Shown: piece by piece, positions 37,579-47,109 of the stretch
How positions within the stretch are numbered: position 1 is the first letter of the stretch
Layout of the letters: each line of letters begins with the position of its first letter
NCBI GenBank assembly: GCA_045129775.1
Contig: JBGUOO010000041.1
Span: forward strand, 1,545-65,544
Length of the DNA: 64,000 bases
Direction: 5' to 3'
DNA from: Elusimicrobiaceae bacterium
GTDB taxonomy: Bacteria > Elusimicrobiota > Elusimicrobia > Elusimicrobiales > Elusimicrobiaceae
Made by a program: the position numbers and the translations under genes
Notes under the pieces: generated by a model
Told to the model about the DNA's origin: nothing
Seen by the model: only the letters and a program-made list of their open reading frames with translations
Databases searched by the model: none

Positions 37579-39183
37579 TTAGCGCCCCCTTCCTTTGTTC
37601 TCATTGCTACATGTGAGCACAAACTTAGTTTCGTTATCCGCTTTTGTTGCCGTACCCCGGTTGCGCGTATTTGAACTGGCAATGCTGGGATACTTAATAT
37701 CCGTATTGCGGCACAACCGTTTTAAAGCAGGCTGACGGGTTACAGAATCTTTAAATTTACCGCCAATTACCAAATCTTCACTACCGTCTTTACCGGAATG
37801 GATAGTACCTTCCAGTACTAAGTTCCCTTCCCCCGGGCGCGTAGCCGGGAAAGGCGTTGTATAAACTACTTTCGTTAACCACATGTCATCAATTACGGCA
37901 TGGCCTATCCCATCTAAAACGGGGGTTACAATCGGGCTGTTTACATAGGCTTGCGTCAACGAATCATTTTGATTTTTAATATTATTTAAATTCGTCTGCA
38001 ACTGGGTAGAAGAAAGCCCTCTAAAATCATCCAAGGTTTGGCTGGCTACCGCTTGTTTTTTCTTCAGCTGATAGTTAGTAAATAACATGCCTACATAACT
38101 TTTGAACAAGAACAGTAACATCAATACTACTAAGACTATTACAATTTTCCACAAGGTCCAGCTGGCATTAAATTCATACGAGCTTAAGCGTTTGCCTTTG
38201 GTAAAATCAATATCCGGGGCGTTATCATCAAAAAACTTCCCGCTGGCCCCGATAGCAGCCACTTCACCGGCAGATTTGGTTTCAATCCCAAACACTTCAC
38301 TTAAATTCCATTTACGCACAGGCTTGCGGGAATCGGCTTCCAACGCCGGGACCCACTGGTCTATGTTATACCCCATGATAACGGCTTCTTCAAACGGGTC
38401 TTTTTCCAACTGTTTGGCAATAAATTCCGCACTATTGGTAATTTCAAAACGGCGGCGTTCGGCCGGGATAGAACCTGAAATTTCCACATCCCGTTCCAAT
38501 ACCGGCACGGAACCGTTCATAAACACAAAATTGGCCATTTCTTTGCCAAAGAATGAATAAATACGGCCTCCGTCTCCTACGGCTTCTTTGTCGTTATCAC
38601 AAAAAGTGCGCCCTAAAGATAAGCACGAAGGCTCTACGGATACTAACTCCAACCCCACCGCCTTGAGACCTTTTTCCAAGCTGGCGATAATGGCTTTGGT
38701 CGTCATAGCAAACACAACACCCAAGCGTTTTTGTTTGGTAGCCGCCGTTTCAAACTCGTACACATGATAGGCATAAACGGCTTTATCAAAAGAAAAATGA
38801 ATGTATTTGCGCGCTTCGTTAGGGATCCCTTCCGCCCATTCCTGACGTTTGAGGGGAATTGAAATCACAAAATGCCGCAATAAACAAAACTCGGGGGCTA
38901 AGCTGACAACTACTTTGGTAATATTCCAAGATTTTTTAGCCGTTACTTTGGCTAAAGCATCTTGCCAATACTCCATGGTAAAGAAAGATTCATTCAAATC
39001 TAACGGTTTTAACTTGCTTCTATCCACCAAGTTGACAGGAACACGAATTAAAGATTCAAGCGCAACACCTCCGTCCCGTTTGACGCTTTGGGCAACATAG
39101 AGTTCATCTATGCCAATATAGATACCCAAGCAATCCGGGTGCGCTTGCATGTTATTGCCAACTAAAACTTCAGACAAATTCAT
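37579..39183 (-). CDS. PilM-PilN-like fusion (GspL-like architecture)
   Basis: N-terminal actin-like region (LGIYIGID), TM segment, PilN-like DDMWLTKV...LVLEGTI. Confidence 0.65.
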   Translation of the reverse strand: MNLSEVLVGNNMQAHPDCLGIYIGIDELYVAQSVKRDGGVALESLIRVPVNLVDRSKLKPLDLNESFFTMEYWQDALAKVTAKKSWNITKVVVSLAPEFCLLRHFVISIPLKRQEWAEGIPNEARKYIHFSFDKAVYAYHVYEFETAATKQKRLGVVFAMTTKAIIASLEKGLKAVGLELVSVEPSCLSLGRTFCDNDKEAVGDGGRIYSFFGKEMANFVFMNGSVPVLERDVEISGSIPAERRRFEITNSAEFIAKQLEKDPFEEAVIMGYNIDQWVPALEADSRKPVRKWNLSEVFGIETKSAGEVAAIGASGKFFDDNAPDIDFTKGKRLSSYEFNASWTLWKIVIVLVVLMLLFLFKSYVGMLFTNYQLKKKQAVASQTLDDFRGLSSTQLQTNLNNIKNQNDSLTQAYVNSPIVTPVLDGIGHAVIDDMWLTKVVYTTPFPATRPGEGNLVLEGTIHSGKDGSEDLVIGGKFKDSVTRQPALKRLCRNTDIKYPSIASSNTRNRGTATKADNETKFVLTCSNENKGRGR

Positions 39184-39211
39184 AGTTTCCCATTCCCCCC
39201 AACTGCCTTAT

Positions 39212-41140
39212 TTAATAGGTAGTCGTTGCTGTATATTCCTCTTCGTATGGCATATCATACGGATTATTGGTTACGGCTGCCGGAGCATATCCCCCCGCAT
39301 CAGCCGGTAACGGGGCATATTCTTCCGAAGAAGAAGCCACGGTATTGCTTGAGGTATCGTCTGTTACTACGTTACGTACGGTTTTGGTAACCGAGTAAGA
39401 ACTGCTGGAAGTAGACGAAGCCTGGGCTTGATCCGCCATAGATACTTCTACCGGTTGTACTACTGTTTGCTCCGTTTGAGACGACGCTTGATACATTTTG
39501 CGGGCCGGTTTGGTCCACAAACGGGCCGCTTTATAGTTTAAAGTACCGGTAGCAGTTTGCGTGGTTTTTTCGGCCGTTTTGCAGGTGCCCATTTGACAAG
39601 CCGGGGCCGGATCCGCCGCACATTTTACAACTACACGACGGCGCAACGTTTGTTTATTTCCTTTTAAATCCACCCCACTCAGTACCAGGGTATATTTGCC
39701 ACAAGGCAATTCCGGGCCGATAATTCCTTTACGCCCATTCCATAAAATTTGGTGATACACGGGAGAAAAACCCTCCAACTGGCGTACTATATAATAGTTA
39801 CCGTCACGCCCGTGTTGAATGACTTGCAACATCCAGTTATCTAAGGTATTTACAGTCTCTAAAACGGAAAAATCAACGGCATACGCTTCCCCCAAAGAGC
39901 GGTCAATCGCGTGGCATTGGGGCACAATGGCCATGCTGAGTAACGGTGCGGTTTCGTCTCCTTCATTTTCCAGCAACCGAGTCGGCAATTTGGCATTATA
40001 ATCAAAAACAATGGAAAGACCTTTTAAATTAGAAAATTGTGCGGGCACTTCTTTATCTACTAAGCCCATGTTATAGTAAAGTTTACCTTGGGAAATACCC
40101 CGTTTAACTAAATACGACTTAAGTGCCATAGCCTGGCGGATGCCGGACAACGTTACATCATCGGTATAAGAACCGGCGGGCAAAATGACAAATTGCGCGC
40201 CTTGGGTTAACGCTAAAAGCTCATAAATACTGTTGAGGGTACCTAGCGATTCCGTACGAAAAGCATTGCCTTTAAATAATACCCCTTCGTCAATATCAAG
40301 GGCATCGGGTTGCCCGTCAGGGCGCATATACAGGTGAACACCTTTATCGGCTGAGAGCTCTGCTACGGCGGCATCTTGCAAGCTTTGCAATTTTTGACGG
40401 GTGTAAAGGTTGCGGGCCTCAATTGCCGCCGGGCTGGTTAAATCGGTAAAAGTAGAGGAAGCGCTGGGAACCGAAGAAACCGTCAAAGCCGAAGCGGCCG
40501 CTTGTGTATCCGCCGGTTTGACAGTGGCGGCAGGAGCCTGCTGGGTGGCTTGATTAAATTCCTGGGTAATGGCCTTGAGGTCTTGTTGCGTAGTAGCTAC
40601 CCCGTTGGCGGCTTTTTCGCTGGCTACGGCCGCTTTATCTAAGGCCGCACCTTGCGCCTCGGTAAGCGGGGCCATACCGTCTTGCACATAACCGGCTAAT
40701 TGACGTTCTTCAATTTGTTCGGTTAACGTCTTAGGGGTATTCAACGCGGCGGCCGCTTGTTTAGAAACGGTTTCGCCTTGTGTAGCTAAGGTATCTAATT
40801 TCTCAGTACCATAGTTAGCCAAATTTTCGGTTTTATCCAAGATCGTTTGGGTGGGTTGATTGGGGAACGAAACGTCCACTTCCACCGGGGTTTTAATACC
40901 GCCAATTTGGTTATGGATTGCGTCAATGTACTTATTGGCGGTGGACACTTGTTCGTTGTCCCCGTTCATCAGCACATCCACAAAGTAATCCATAGCTTTG
41001 TCGGTATCGTTTTTTTGGTAGGCTTCAATACCTTTTTGCAGTTGCTTCTCTGCAGAGGCGGCCTGCACGGTTTGTACCGTTACCAGTAAACCGCCCGTTA
41101 AAACCAGCACACACAACCAAGTTTTATTCTTTTTGCTCAT
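39212..41140 (-). CDS. Exported multidomain protein (TPR-like, degenerate OmpA-like, FlgD-Ig-like segments)
   Basis: Signal peptide; QLQKGIEAYQKNDTDKAMDYF; QAMALKSYLVKRGIS; ILWNGRKG...GKYTLVL. Confidence 0.55.
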   Translation of the reverse strand: MSKKNKTWLCVLVLTGGLLVTVQTVQAASAEKQLQKGIEAYQKNDTDKAMDYFVDVLMNGDNEQVSTANKYIDAIHNQIGGIKTPVEVDVSFPNQPTQTILDKTENLANYGTEKLDTLATQGETVSKQAAAALNTPKTLTEQIEERQLAGYVQDGMAPLTEAQGAALDKAAVASEKAANGVATTQQDLKAITQEFNQATQQAPAATVKPADTQAAASALTVSSVPSASSTFTDLTSPAAIEARNLYTRQKLQSLQDAAVAELSADKGVHLYMRPDGQPDALDIDEGVLFKGNAFRTESLGTLNSIYELLALTQGAQFVILPAGSYTDDVTLSGIRQAMALKSYLVKRGISQGKLYYNMGLVDKEVPAQFSNLKGLSIVFDYNAKLPTRLLENEGDETAPLLSMAIVPQCHAIDRSLGEAYAVDFSVLETVNTLDNWMLQVIQHGRDGNYYIVRQLEGFSPVYHQILWNGRKGIIGPELPCGKYTLVLSGVDLKGNKQTLRRRVVVKCAADPAPACQMGTCKTAEKTTQTATGTLNYKAARLWTKPARKMYQASSQTEQTVVQPVEVSMADQAQASSTSSSSYSVTKTVRNVVTDDTSSNTVASSSEEYAPLPADAGGYAPAAVTNNPYDMPYEEEYTATTTY

Positions 41141-41297
41141 CTAAATATTCCTTGCGCTAGGATTTTAGGCTCATTGCATTATACGCCGATACAGCTATTA
41201 TAGCAATTTCGCACGATTTGTAAAGAGCTTTTTTATTTTTTTTCCAATTTATTTTTTTCCCCGTCCATATAACTTCCTACAAATTGTAGCAAAATTA

Positions 41298-43925
41298 TCA
41301 TTTTTTTTCATTCTTTTTATTTAATTCTTCCAACCGTTTTCGGGCAGAAAGATTATCCGGGTAATAAAATAATACATTTTCCAAAGCCCGGCGCGCGCCA
41401 GCCCAATCTTCGGCTTTATAGTACAAGCTGGAAAGTGCCAACCCGGCCCATACATCGTCGGGGTGGGCCCGCAAAACGCGGCGCAAAACTTCTTCGGCTT
41501 TTAAGTCGTTGCCGCTTAAAGAAAGCACCCGCGCCAACAAAATTTTACCGTTTGTATCGGCGGGAAATTGTTTCACATAGGCTTCTATATTCTCACGCAA
41601 TTTATGTTGGTAAAACGGCGCCATTTTGTTAAACTTAATTACTTTTTCGTGATAATTTTGCAACGTGCGCGCTTGGGCCAGCAGGGTTGGTTTATCGTCG
41701 ACACTTGCAAATAATTTATCCAGGCGTTTTAATAAATCGGTGTCCAACGTATCCACCGCAAGCCCGCGCAAGTACACATTTTTAGCGTTTTCGCTGTCGC
41801 CTTGTTTTTCGTAAATTTCCCCCACCACGCGCCACAAATCCGGCTCGTAAGCAAACAGGGTAAGGCCGCGCTCTAACATATTCATCTCGTCGGACATTGC
41901 ATAAATGGTGTTGTCATGCAACAGCTGTGCCAACAATTTGTATGCCTGTAAATGATACGGGTTTAACCGCAGATGTTCCATCAGATAATGAATCGTTTTT
42001 TTAATATCTTGTGTGCCTAATGCGGCCAGTGCCGCGTGGTAGTAAACTTCTTCATAATACGACGCGGCCGCTAAACTTTTTTCAAAAACTTGAAGCGCTT
42101 TTTTGTACTCACGCTGTGCCAAAAGCACTTGGCCTAACCGGAAACCGGCCTCGGTATTAGCGGGGTAAAGTGTAAGCGCGGCCGACAAATTTTTCACAGC
42201 CCCTTCGGTATTTTGCGCGGCTAATTTTTTCTGCCCGATAAACGATTCATACTCGCTGGCAAACCATACCCCTTGCCACAAGAAAATCCCCACGCAACAG
42301 GCCAGCACAAACAAGGCCACCGTCTTAGTTACCGGGTTGGCCGTAAGCACTATTTTGCCTTCTTCTTTCCCCACGCCGCTGACTTCCGCACCGACGAACC
42401 ACCAAAATAAAAAGGCCGGCACTACCGCATGTAACGAAATATTAAACATGTTATCTACCAGCATCCCCAAAATGCCGCAGAAAATGGCTTGTAAAAGTTG
42501 TTTTTTATCGCCTTCTTTTTTATGGGCGGCAAAATCTTTTACTTCTAAAAAAAGCACCATAAACATAAACAAAAATAACCCTACCCCGACAATACCCCCC
42601 TGTGCTAACTGAAATAAAATCTCGTTATGTGGGGCGTTGGTAGTTGTTCTTAAACCGCGCAATTCGGGGTATTTGAGTAAGGTTTGCGGTTGATATTTTG
42701 CAAACGCCAGTTGATAATTGCCCACCCCGCTACCCAGCACGGGGCGCGCCAAAAAAATTTCTTTAGACGTATGCCACATAAGTAACCGCTGATGTAACGA
42801 TTGAAAAATGCGTTCCTTTTTTACGTCTAACGCCAAGTCGCTCAGTTCCAGCGGGCGCATTTCCAAGATGCGGTTTTTAACGGGGCTAATGGCATTGCCC
42901 GGCCCGGGCATATAGATGGAACTGTACGCCACGCCCACCGCCAACAAAGCCAGCAAAAACACGCGCCCTTTGCGCTTCCAAATCAAACTGCGTAACGTGC
43001 CGAACATCCACATCATAATCAGCCCGCACACCGCCCCAATCCAACACGACCGCGCCAACCCAAACGACAAATACAACACATACACCAGCACCAACAACCC
43101 ATACACCACAAAATCTTTTTTACTGTCCGTGCGCATAAAATACACCAGGAGTGCCGGCAATAACATAACAACTGCCGACGATAAAAAGTTTGGGTTTCCG
43201 AATGTGGAAAATGCTTTGGTAGCAAACTGGTTGATTTCAAACGGCCACAAAAAATCAAGCCCCAATGCCTGAAGCACGCCATAACAACACGCCAAAAATA
43301 CGGCTACAAAAATCAGTACAAAAATATTTTCCTGCGTGAGTTTTTTAAGCACCCGTACGCCTAAATAAATGCCAATGCCCCACAACAACACGCCGTACCA
43401 ATCCCACAAGGCGGCTAAAAAAGTTTCCGAAGTGGTTGTCGTTTTTAATACCGGATATAAATACCACAACCCGCCCCACAAAAAGAACAACAAAATGTAA
43501 TTGGTTTTGCTTTCAATCGTACCCGAAAACACCACATTTTTGCTAATCATATACGCGCCCACGGCTACTACCAAAAGGAGTGTGCCGTAGTTGAGCAAAT
43601 TAAAAAACAATGTTTGGCGCAGGGCTTGCGGCGCGCCGGACACGGCAGACAGCCACCCCATGGCACACGAAAGAACATAAATAAAAAATGCTAAATCAAA
43701 AAATGTTTTGGTGAAATCAATCGTTTGGGTACGCAAAAATTTGACGGCCAGCGTGCCGTAAATCAGCGCAAGGAGCACATACAAAAGCACGTTTTGTGCA
43801 AAGAACGGGTTTTGGGTAAGGTCCGTAAAAAACACAAGCGGCACGACAAGAAACGTGGCCGACAGCAGCACGCGGATCACTTTCATGTAAACGGTTTCTT
43901 TTTGGGGTTTGGTTAAATTGAGCAT
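41298..43925 (-). CDS. O-antigen ligase/O-oligosaccharyltransferase family membrane protein with C-terminal TPRs
   Basis: About 12 TM segments, STFGNPNFL, RLLMWH...RPVLGSGVGNY, APHNEILFQL (Wzy_C pattern), TPR tail. Confidence 0.85.
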   Translation of the reverse strand: MLNLTKPQKETVYMKVIRVLLSATFLVVPLVFFTDLTQNPFFAQNVLLYVLLALIYGTLAVKFLRTQTIDFTKTFFDLAFFIYVLSCAMGWLSAVSGAPQALRQTLFFNLLNYGTLLLVVAVGAYMISKNVVFSGTIESKTNYILLFFLWGGLWYLYPVLKTTTTSETFLAALWDWYGVLLWGIGIYLGVRVLKKLTQENIFVLIFVAVFLACCYGVLQALGLDFLWPFEINQFATKAFSTFGNPNFLSSAVVMLLPALLVYFMRTDSKKDFVVYGLLVLVYVLYLSFGLARSCWIGAVCGLIMMWMFGTLRSLIWKRKGRVFLLALLAVGVAYSSIYMPGPGNAISPVKNRILEMRPLELSDLALDVKKERIFQSLHQRLLMWHTSKEIFLARPVLGSGVGNYQLAFAKYQPQTLLKYPELRGLRTTTNAPHNEILFQLAQGGIVGVGLFLFMFMVLFLEVKDFAAHKKEGDKKQLLQAIFCGILGMLVDNMFNISLHAVVPAFLFWWFVGAEVSGVGKEEGKIVLTANPVTKTVALFVLACCVGIFLWQGVWFASEYESFIGQKKLAAQNTEGAVKNLSAALTLYPANTEAGFRLGQVLLAQREYKKALQVFEKSLAAASYYEEVYYHAALAALGTQDIKKTIHYLMEHLRLNPYHLQAYKLLAQLLHDNTIYAMSDEMNMLERGLTLFAYEPDLWRVVGEIYEKQGDSENAKNVYLRGLAVDTLDTDLLKRLDKLFASVDDKPTLLAQARTLQNYHEKVIKFNKMAPFYQHKLRENIEAYVKQFPADTNGKILLARVLSLSGNDLKAEEVLRRVLRAHPDDVWAGLALSSLYYKAEDWAGARRALENVLFYYPDNLSARKRLEELNKKNEKK

Positions 43926-44062
43926 AAAAAATCCTGTATAAAATTTTCTATATTTTAGAAAATTTCACACGGTCAAGCCAAGTAAAAAAACAGACTATTT
44001 CGCAAGCTAAAAAATTATGTTACAATGAAAATGAAGTAAAGAAGTAAAACAGAAAATTTAAT

Positions 44063-44303
44063 CTGTTTTTGGAACCGTACGAAGAATACGGCTTACTTTT
44101 GGAATACCAAAAGTTTGCGCAACGCCAAAGACAGCTGTTTGAGGCATGGAGTAGGTGGAATTGCAAGCCAACTATTTCATGCTTAGTGTTTGCTATCCGC
44201 AAGGATAGCAAGCCGCGGCTGTTATATGTGGGAAAGGTTGCGCAATTCCAGGTATGATAGCCGTATTTTTCGGTTTCTCCAAAAACAGCAAAAAGGAGAA
44301 ATC
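44063..44303 (+). ncRNA. Structured pilin leader, copy D
   Basis: P1 44063-44072/44125-44134; terminator 44215-44270; SD hairpin 44272-44280/44295-44303 overlapping TCCAAAAACAG. Confidence 0.85.
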
Positions 44304-44305
44304 AA

Positions 44306-44824
44306 ATGAAAAAAGTAGTAAGAGGTTTCACCCTCATTGAGTTGTTAGTTGTTGTTCTCATCATCGGCATATTAGCCGCAGTGGCCGTGCCGCAATATAA
44401 AATGGCCGCCGACAAATCCCGCCTTGCTAATCTGCGTTCAATGGCAAGTGCAGTAGCAAAAGCCCAAGAAGCCTATTATTTGGCTAATGGTACATATACC
44501 CGTAACTGGGAGGAACTGGCCATCTCTTTCCCGGGGAAATTAGGTAGTACCAGTGTTCAGAATAATGTCCTTTCATCAAATGAAGGCTGGATACTTACAC
44601 TTGGATCATATAACAATGTTACAGCAACAAATTCTCACCTTCCGGATATTACAATACATCATTTTTATCCCCACCACCCGGGTGCTCGATACCAAAACAA
44701 ACAGGCCTGCTATGCCTTAGCTACCAATTTGTACGCCGACAAATTATGTAAAAGCTTGTCCTCAAAAAACACATGGGACACTCAAGCAGGCTATGGCAAA
44801 GACAATGTTTACATATTAGACTAA
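44306..44824 (+). CDS. Type IV pilin (PilE-like)
   Basis: G|FTLIELLVVVLIIGILAAVAVPQYK; SD AAGGAG. Confidence 0.92.
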   Translation: MKKVVRGFTLIELLVVVLIIGILAAVAVPQYKMAADKSRLANLRSMASAVAKAQEAYYLANGTYTRNWEELAISFPGKLGSTSVQNNVLSSNEGWILTLGSYNNVTATNSHLPDITIHHFYPHHPGARYQNKQACYALATNLYADKLCKSLSSKNTWDTQAGYGKDNVYILD

Positions 44825-44837
44825 CCTATTTACCCAT

Positions 44838-44869
44838 AAAAATTCCCCGGCAATTACCGGGGAATCTTT
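44838..44869. terminator. Bidirectional terminator, pilin / OmpA gene
   Basis: ATTCCCCGG / CCGGGGAAT; same family as 4919-4953. Confidence 0.8.
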
Positions 44870-44886
44870 ATAGATACTACAAATTA

Positions 44887-45423
44887 CTAATAAATCGCTT
44901 TCCATTCACGCGTGGTCAGTTTCATATCTACACGGCGGTTGAGGCGCCGCCCTTCGGGGGAATTATCCAGCGTAATGGGCCGCGTGTTGCCATAAGCATG
45001 AATGCGAATGCGGTCCGCCTGAATCCCGCGGCTAACGATATAAGACTTCAGTGCCGCCGCACGCGAGCCCGAAAGCCAATAGTTATACTCATCCGAGCCC
45101 AGCACGTCCGAATTGCCTTCCAAAATCAAGTGAATGTTGCCTTTTTCTTTCATCAGCGTAACCACTTTATCCAAAATGGGGTACGCATACTCCGGCGGGC
45201 GGATAGAGTCAAAATCAAAGTTAATAGACGGCAATTTCATGGACTTATACATCTGCGTGATACTCTGTTTGGCCAGTTTATAATTTTGCCGTTCTACTCT
45301 TTCAATATTCGGGTCCTGTGCCGGCAAACGCGGGATATCATCCACTTCGTCTTTATTTTGGTGGGATGCACACGCACCCAGCGCCAGCACCACCCCCAGT
45401 AACCATAATTTGCGTAAATTCAT
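44887..45423 (-). CDS. OmpA-family lipoprotein
   Basis: Lipobox LALGAC; INFDFDS, EGNSD, NYWLSGSRA, NRRVD. Confidence 0.92.
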   Translation of the reverse strand: MNLRKLWLLGVVLALGACASHQNKDEVDDIPRLPAQDPNIERVERQNYKLAKQSITQMYKSMKLPSINFDFDSIRPPEYAYPILDKVVTLMKEKGNIHLILEGNSDVLGSDEYNYWLSGSRAAALKSYIVSRGIQADRIRIHAYGNTRPITLDNSPEGRRLNRRVDMKLTTREWKAIY

Positions 45424-45463
45424 AGTACCCTCCTACGCTGTATTATAAAAAAATACGGCGCAT

Positions 45464-45720
45464 TTGTAAACAAACTTATAAACAGCTGTTAATAAGTTGT
45501 GGATAACTACCTTTATATATATAAAATTATTACTTTTTGGGCCGCAACGGTTAATTTCGCAAGCACAGTTAAAGTAAGGGGTTGTGGATAAGTGGATATT
45601 TCTGTGGATAACTTGGCTTTTTACGGGATATAACCGGCGCTTCACGCCCATTTACCGACGGAGAGGCAAGCCTTTGTTAGTAAACTTACTTTGTCCACAA
45701 TTTATAAAAACTTGTTGACA
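45464..45720. promoter_or_regulatory. DnaA-box cluster with an AT-rich tract (possible oriC or DnaA-titration site)
   Basis: Perfect TGTGGATAA at 45498, 45583, 45603; TTGTCCACA at 45691; further degenerate boxes; AT-rich 45511-45538. Confidence 0.7.
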
Positions 45721-45847
45721 ACTTGTGCGTTTTGGGGTATAAAAGGGGCCTATAAGTGGGACCCAGGGTGAAAACAGGTCCAAATTCCGCTTGCATCCCC
45801 CCTAAAAATCAGGTTTAATAAGATATAGATTTTTTAAGGAGTTATTT

Positions 45848-46021
45848 ATGACAGTTAAACAATCCAATTTGCGTTTTTTACTTTCTTTAGGCGGAACGAA
45901 AATGGTCGTATTGCAGGATGAAGACGATTTGCATATCTACACCAATCAAACGGCCTCAAAATCGCACAAAAAAGCCACCATTGCGGCCGAACACGTAACT
46001 GAAGCACTGGTATCCAAATAA
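45848..46021 (+). CDS. Small hypothetical protein (57 aa; below the ORF-track cutoff)
   Basis: SD TAAGGAG, upstream TTGCAT-17-TTTAAT, downstream hairpin GCCCCC/GGGGGC plus T run. Confidence 0.7.
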   Translation: MTVKQSNLRFLLSLGGTKMVVLQDEDDLHIYTNQTASKSHKKATIAAEHVTEALVSK

Positions 46022-46100
46022 AAACCACGCTTTTTTGCCCCCCTTACCGGGGGGCTTGTTTTTTATACCGCCGCGGCCGAATAATTGTTATAATAGCAGT

Positions 46101-47102
46101 ATGAAAAAATTACTGATTCTTTGTGTTTTACTGTCTTTTTTCGCCGCGCCGTTAGCGGCCCAAAACACCTGGCCCACGTCAACACATACGCAACAAGCCT
46201 TAAATACCTTCCGCTTAGCGCAAGATCCGCAAACTACCTTTGCCGCCGCGGCACAGCTTGTTAAAAATCCGCCCGAAAAAGTCTATGAGCCGGCCCTTTT
46301 AAACCAAATTATCAGCGCCGCAGACCCGCTTAAAATGGCATTTTCGGCCATTATTTTAACGGCTATGGGCTCAGTATATGAAGAGCTAATCCCCTTACTC
46401 CAGGACACCTTACAAACAACGGACCCCGTTCTGCGCGCCTATGGGGCCGGTGCTTACGGGCTTGTCAATCCGGCCGACAAAACCCACACCCAAGACGTGG
46501 TGCGCCTGTATATTTTTGACCCGGCTTTTGCCCAACGCGCTATGAATATGCTCAGCGCCGACGCCAAAGACCAATTCAATATCCTTAAAAAAGCCGCCAC
46601 CGCGCCAGATCCGCAAGTGCGCGGCGCGGCCGCCGCGTGGCTGGGCTCTTTACACACGCCCGAAGCGTTGGCCTTGCTAACCAAACGCGCCAAAAAAGAA
46701 ACCGAAGTGACCGTGCAAACCCAACTGGCAATTGCCTTGGCCGCTAACCCCGACGTTTCCCTCCCGCAAGCCACCGAAGGCCTTAAACTAAGCTATAAAA
46801 AGCCCGCCGCCACCACGTATGCCCTGGCCTTGGCCTTTATGACGGGCAATAGCGTCAGTGCCCTTAAAACCGCTTTGTTATCCACCGACGCCAACCAACG
46901 CATCAATGCGTTGCGCGCCGCGGCGTATATGGCGGGCATTTTGTCCAACCCGGACGCTTTTGCCTACACGTCGGACCGCGCATTTGATACACATTTACTC
47001 AAAGGGCTCATCCCGCAAATAAGCGCCCTGGCCAAAAACGGCTCTAAGGACGAGCAAACTTACGCACAAAATGCGCTGAGTCAAATTGAAAAGTTAATGT
47101 GA
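46101..47102 (+). CDS. Secreted HEAT-repeat protein
   Basis: Signal peptide MKKLLILCVLLSFFAAPLAA; DPVLRAYGA, DPQVRGAAAAWLG, DANQRINALRA repeats. Confidence 0.8.
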   Translation: MKKLLILCVLLSFFAAPLAAQNTWPTSTHTQQALNTFRLAQDPQTTFAAAAQLVKNPPEKVYEPALLNQIISAADPLKMAFSAIILTAMGSVYEELIPLLQDTLQTTDPVLRAYGAGAYGLVNPADKTHTQDVVRLYIFDPAFAQRAMNMLSADAKDQFNILKKAATAPDPQVRGAAAAWLGSLHTPEALALLTKRAKKETEVTVQTQLAIALAANPDVSLPQATEGLKLSYKKPAATTYALALAFMTGNSVSALKTALLSTDANQRINALRAAAYMAGILSNPDAFAYTSDRAFDTHLLKGLIPQISALAKNGSKDEQTYAQNALSQIEKLM

Positions 47103-47109
47103 GGACGCT

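Noticed and set aside
44131-44221. Hammerhead ribozyme reading of the leader's 3' junction (stem-CUGUUUGA-stem-GAAU-stem-UA)
   Set aside because: The topology is similar, but the invariant CUGANGA and GAAA/UH core is absent in all six copies.
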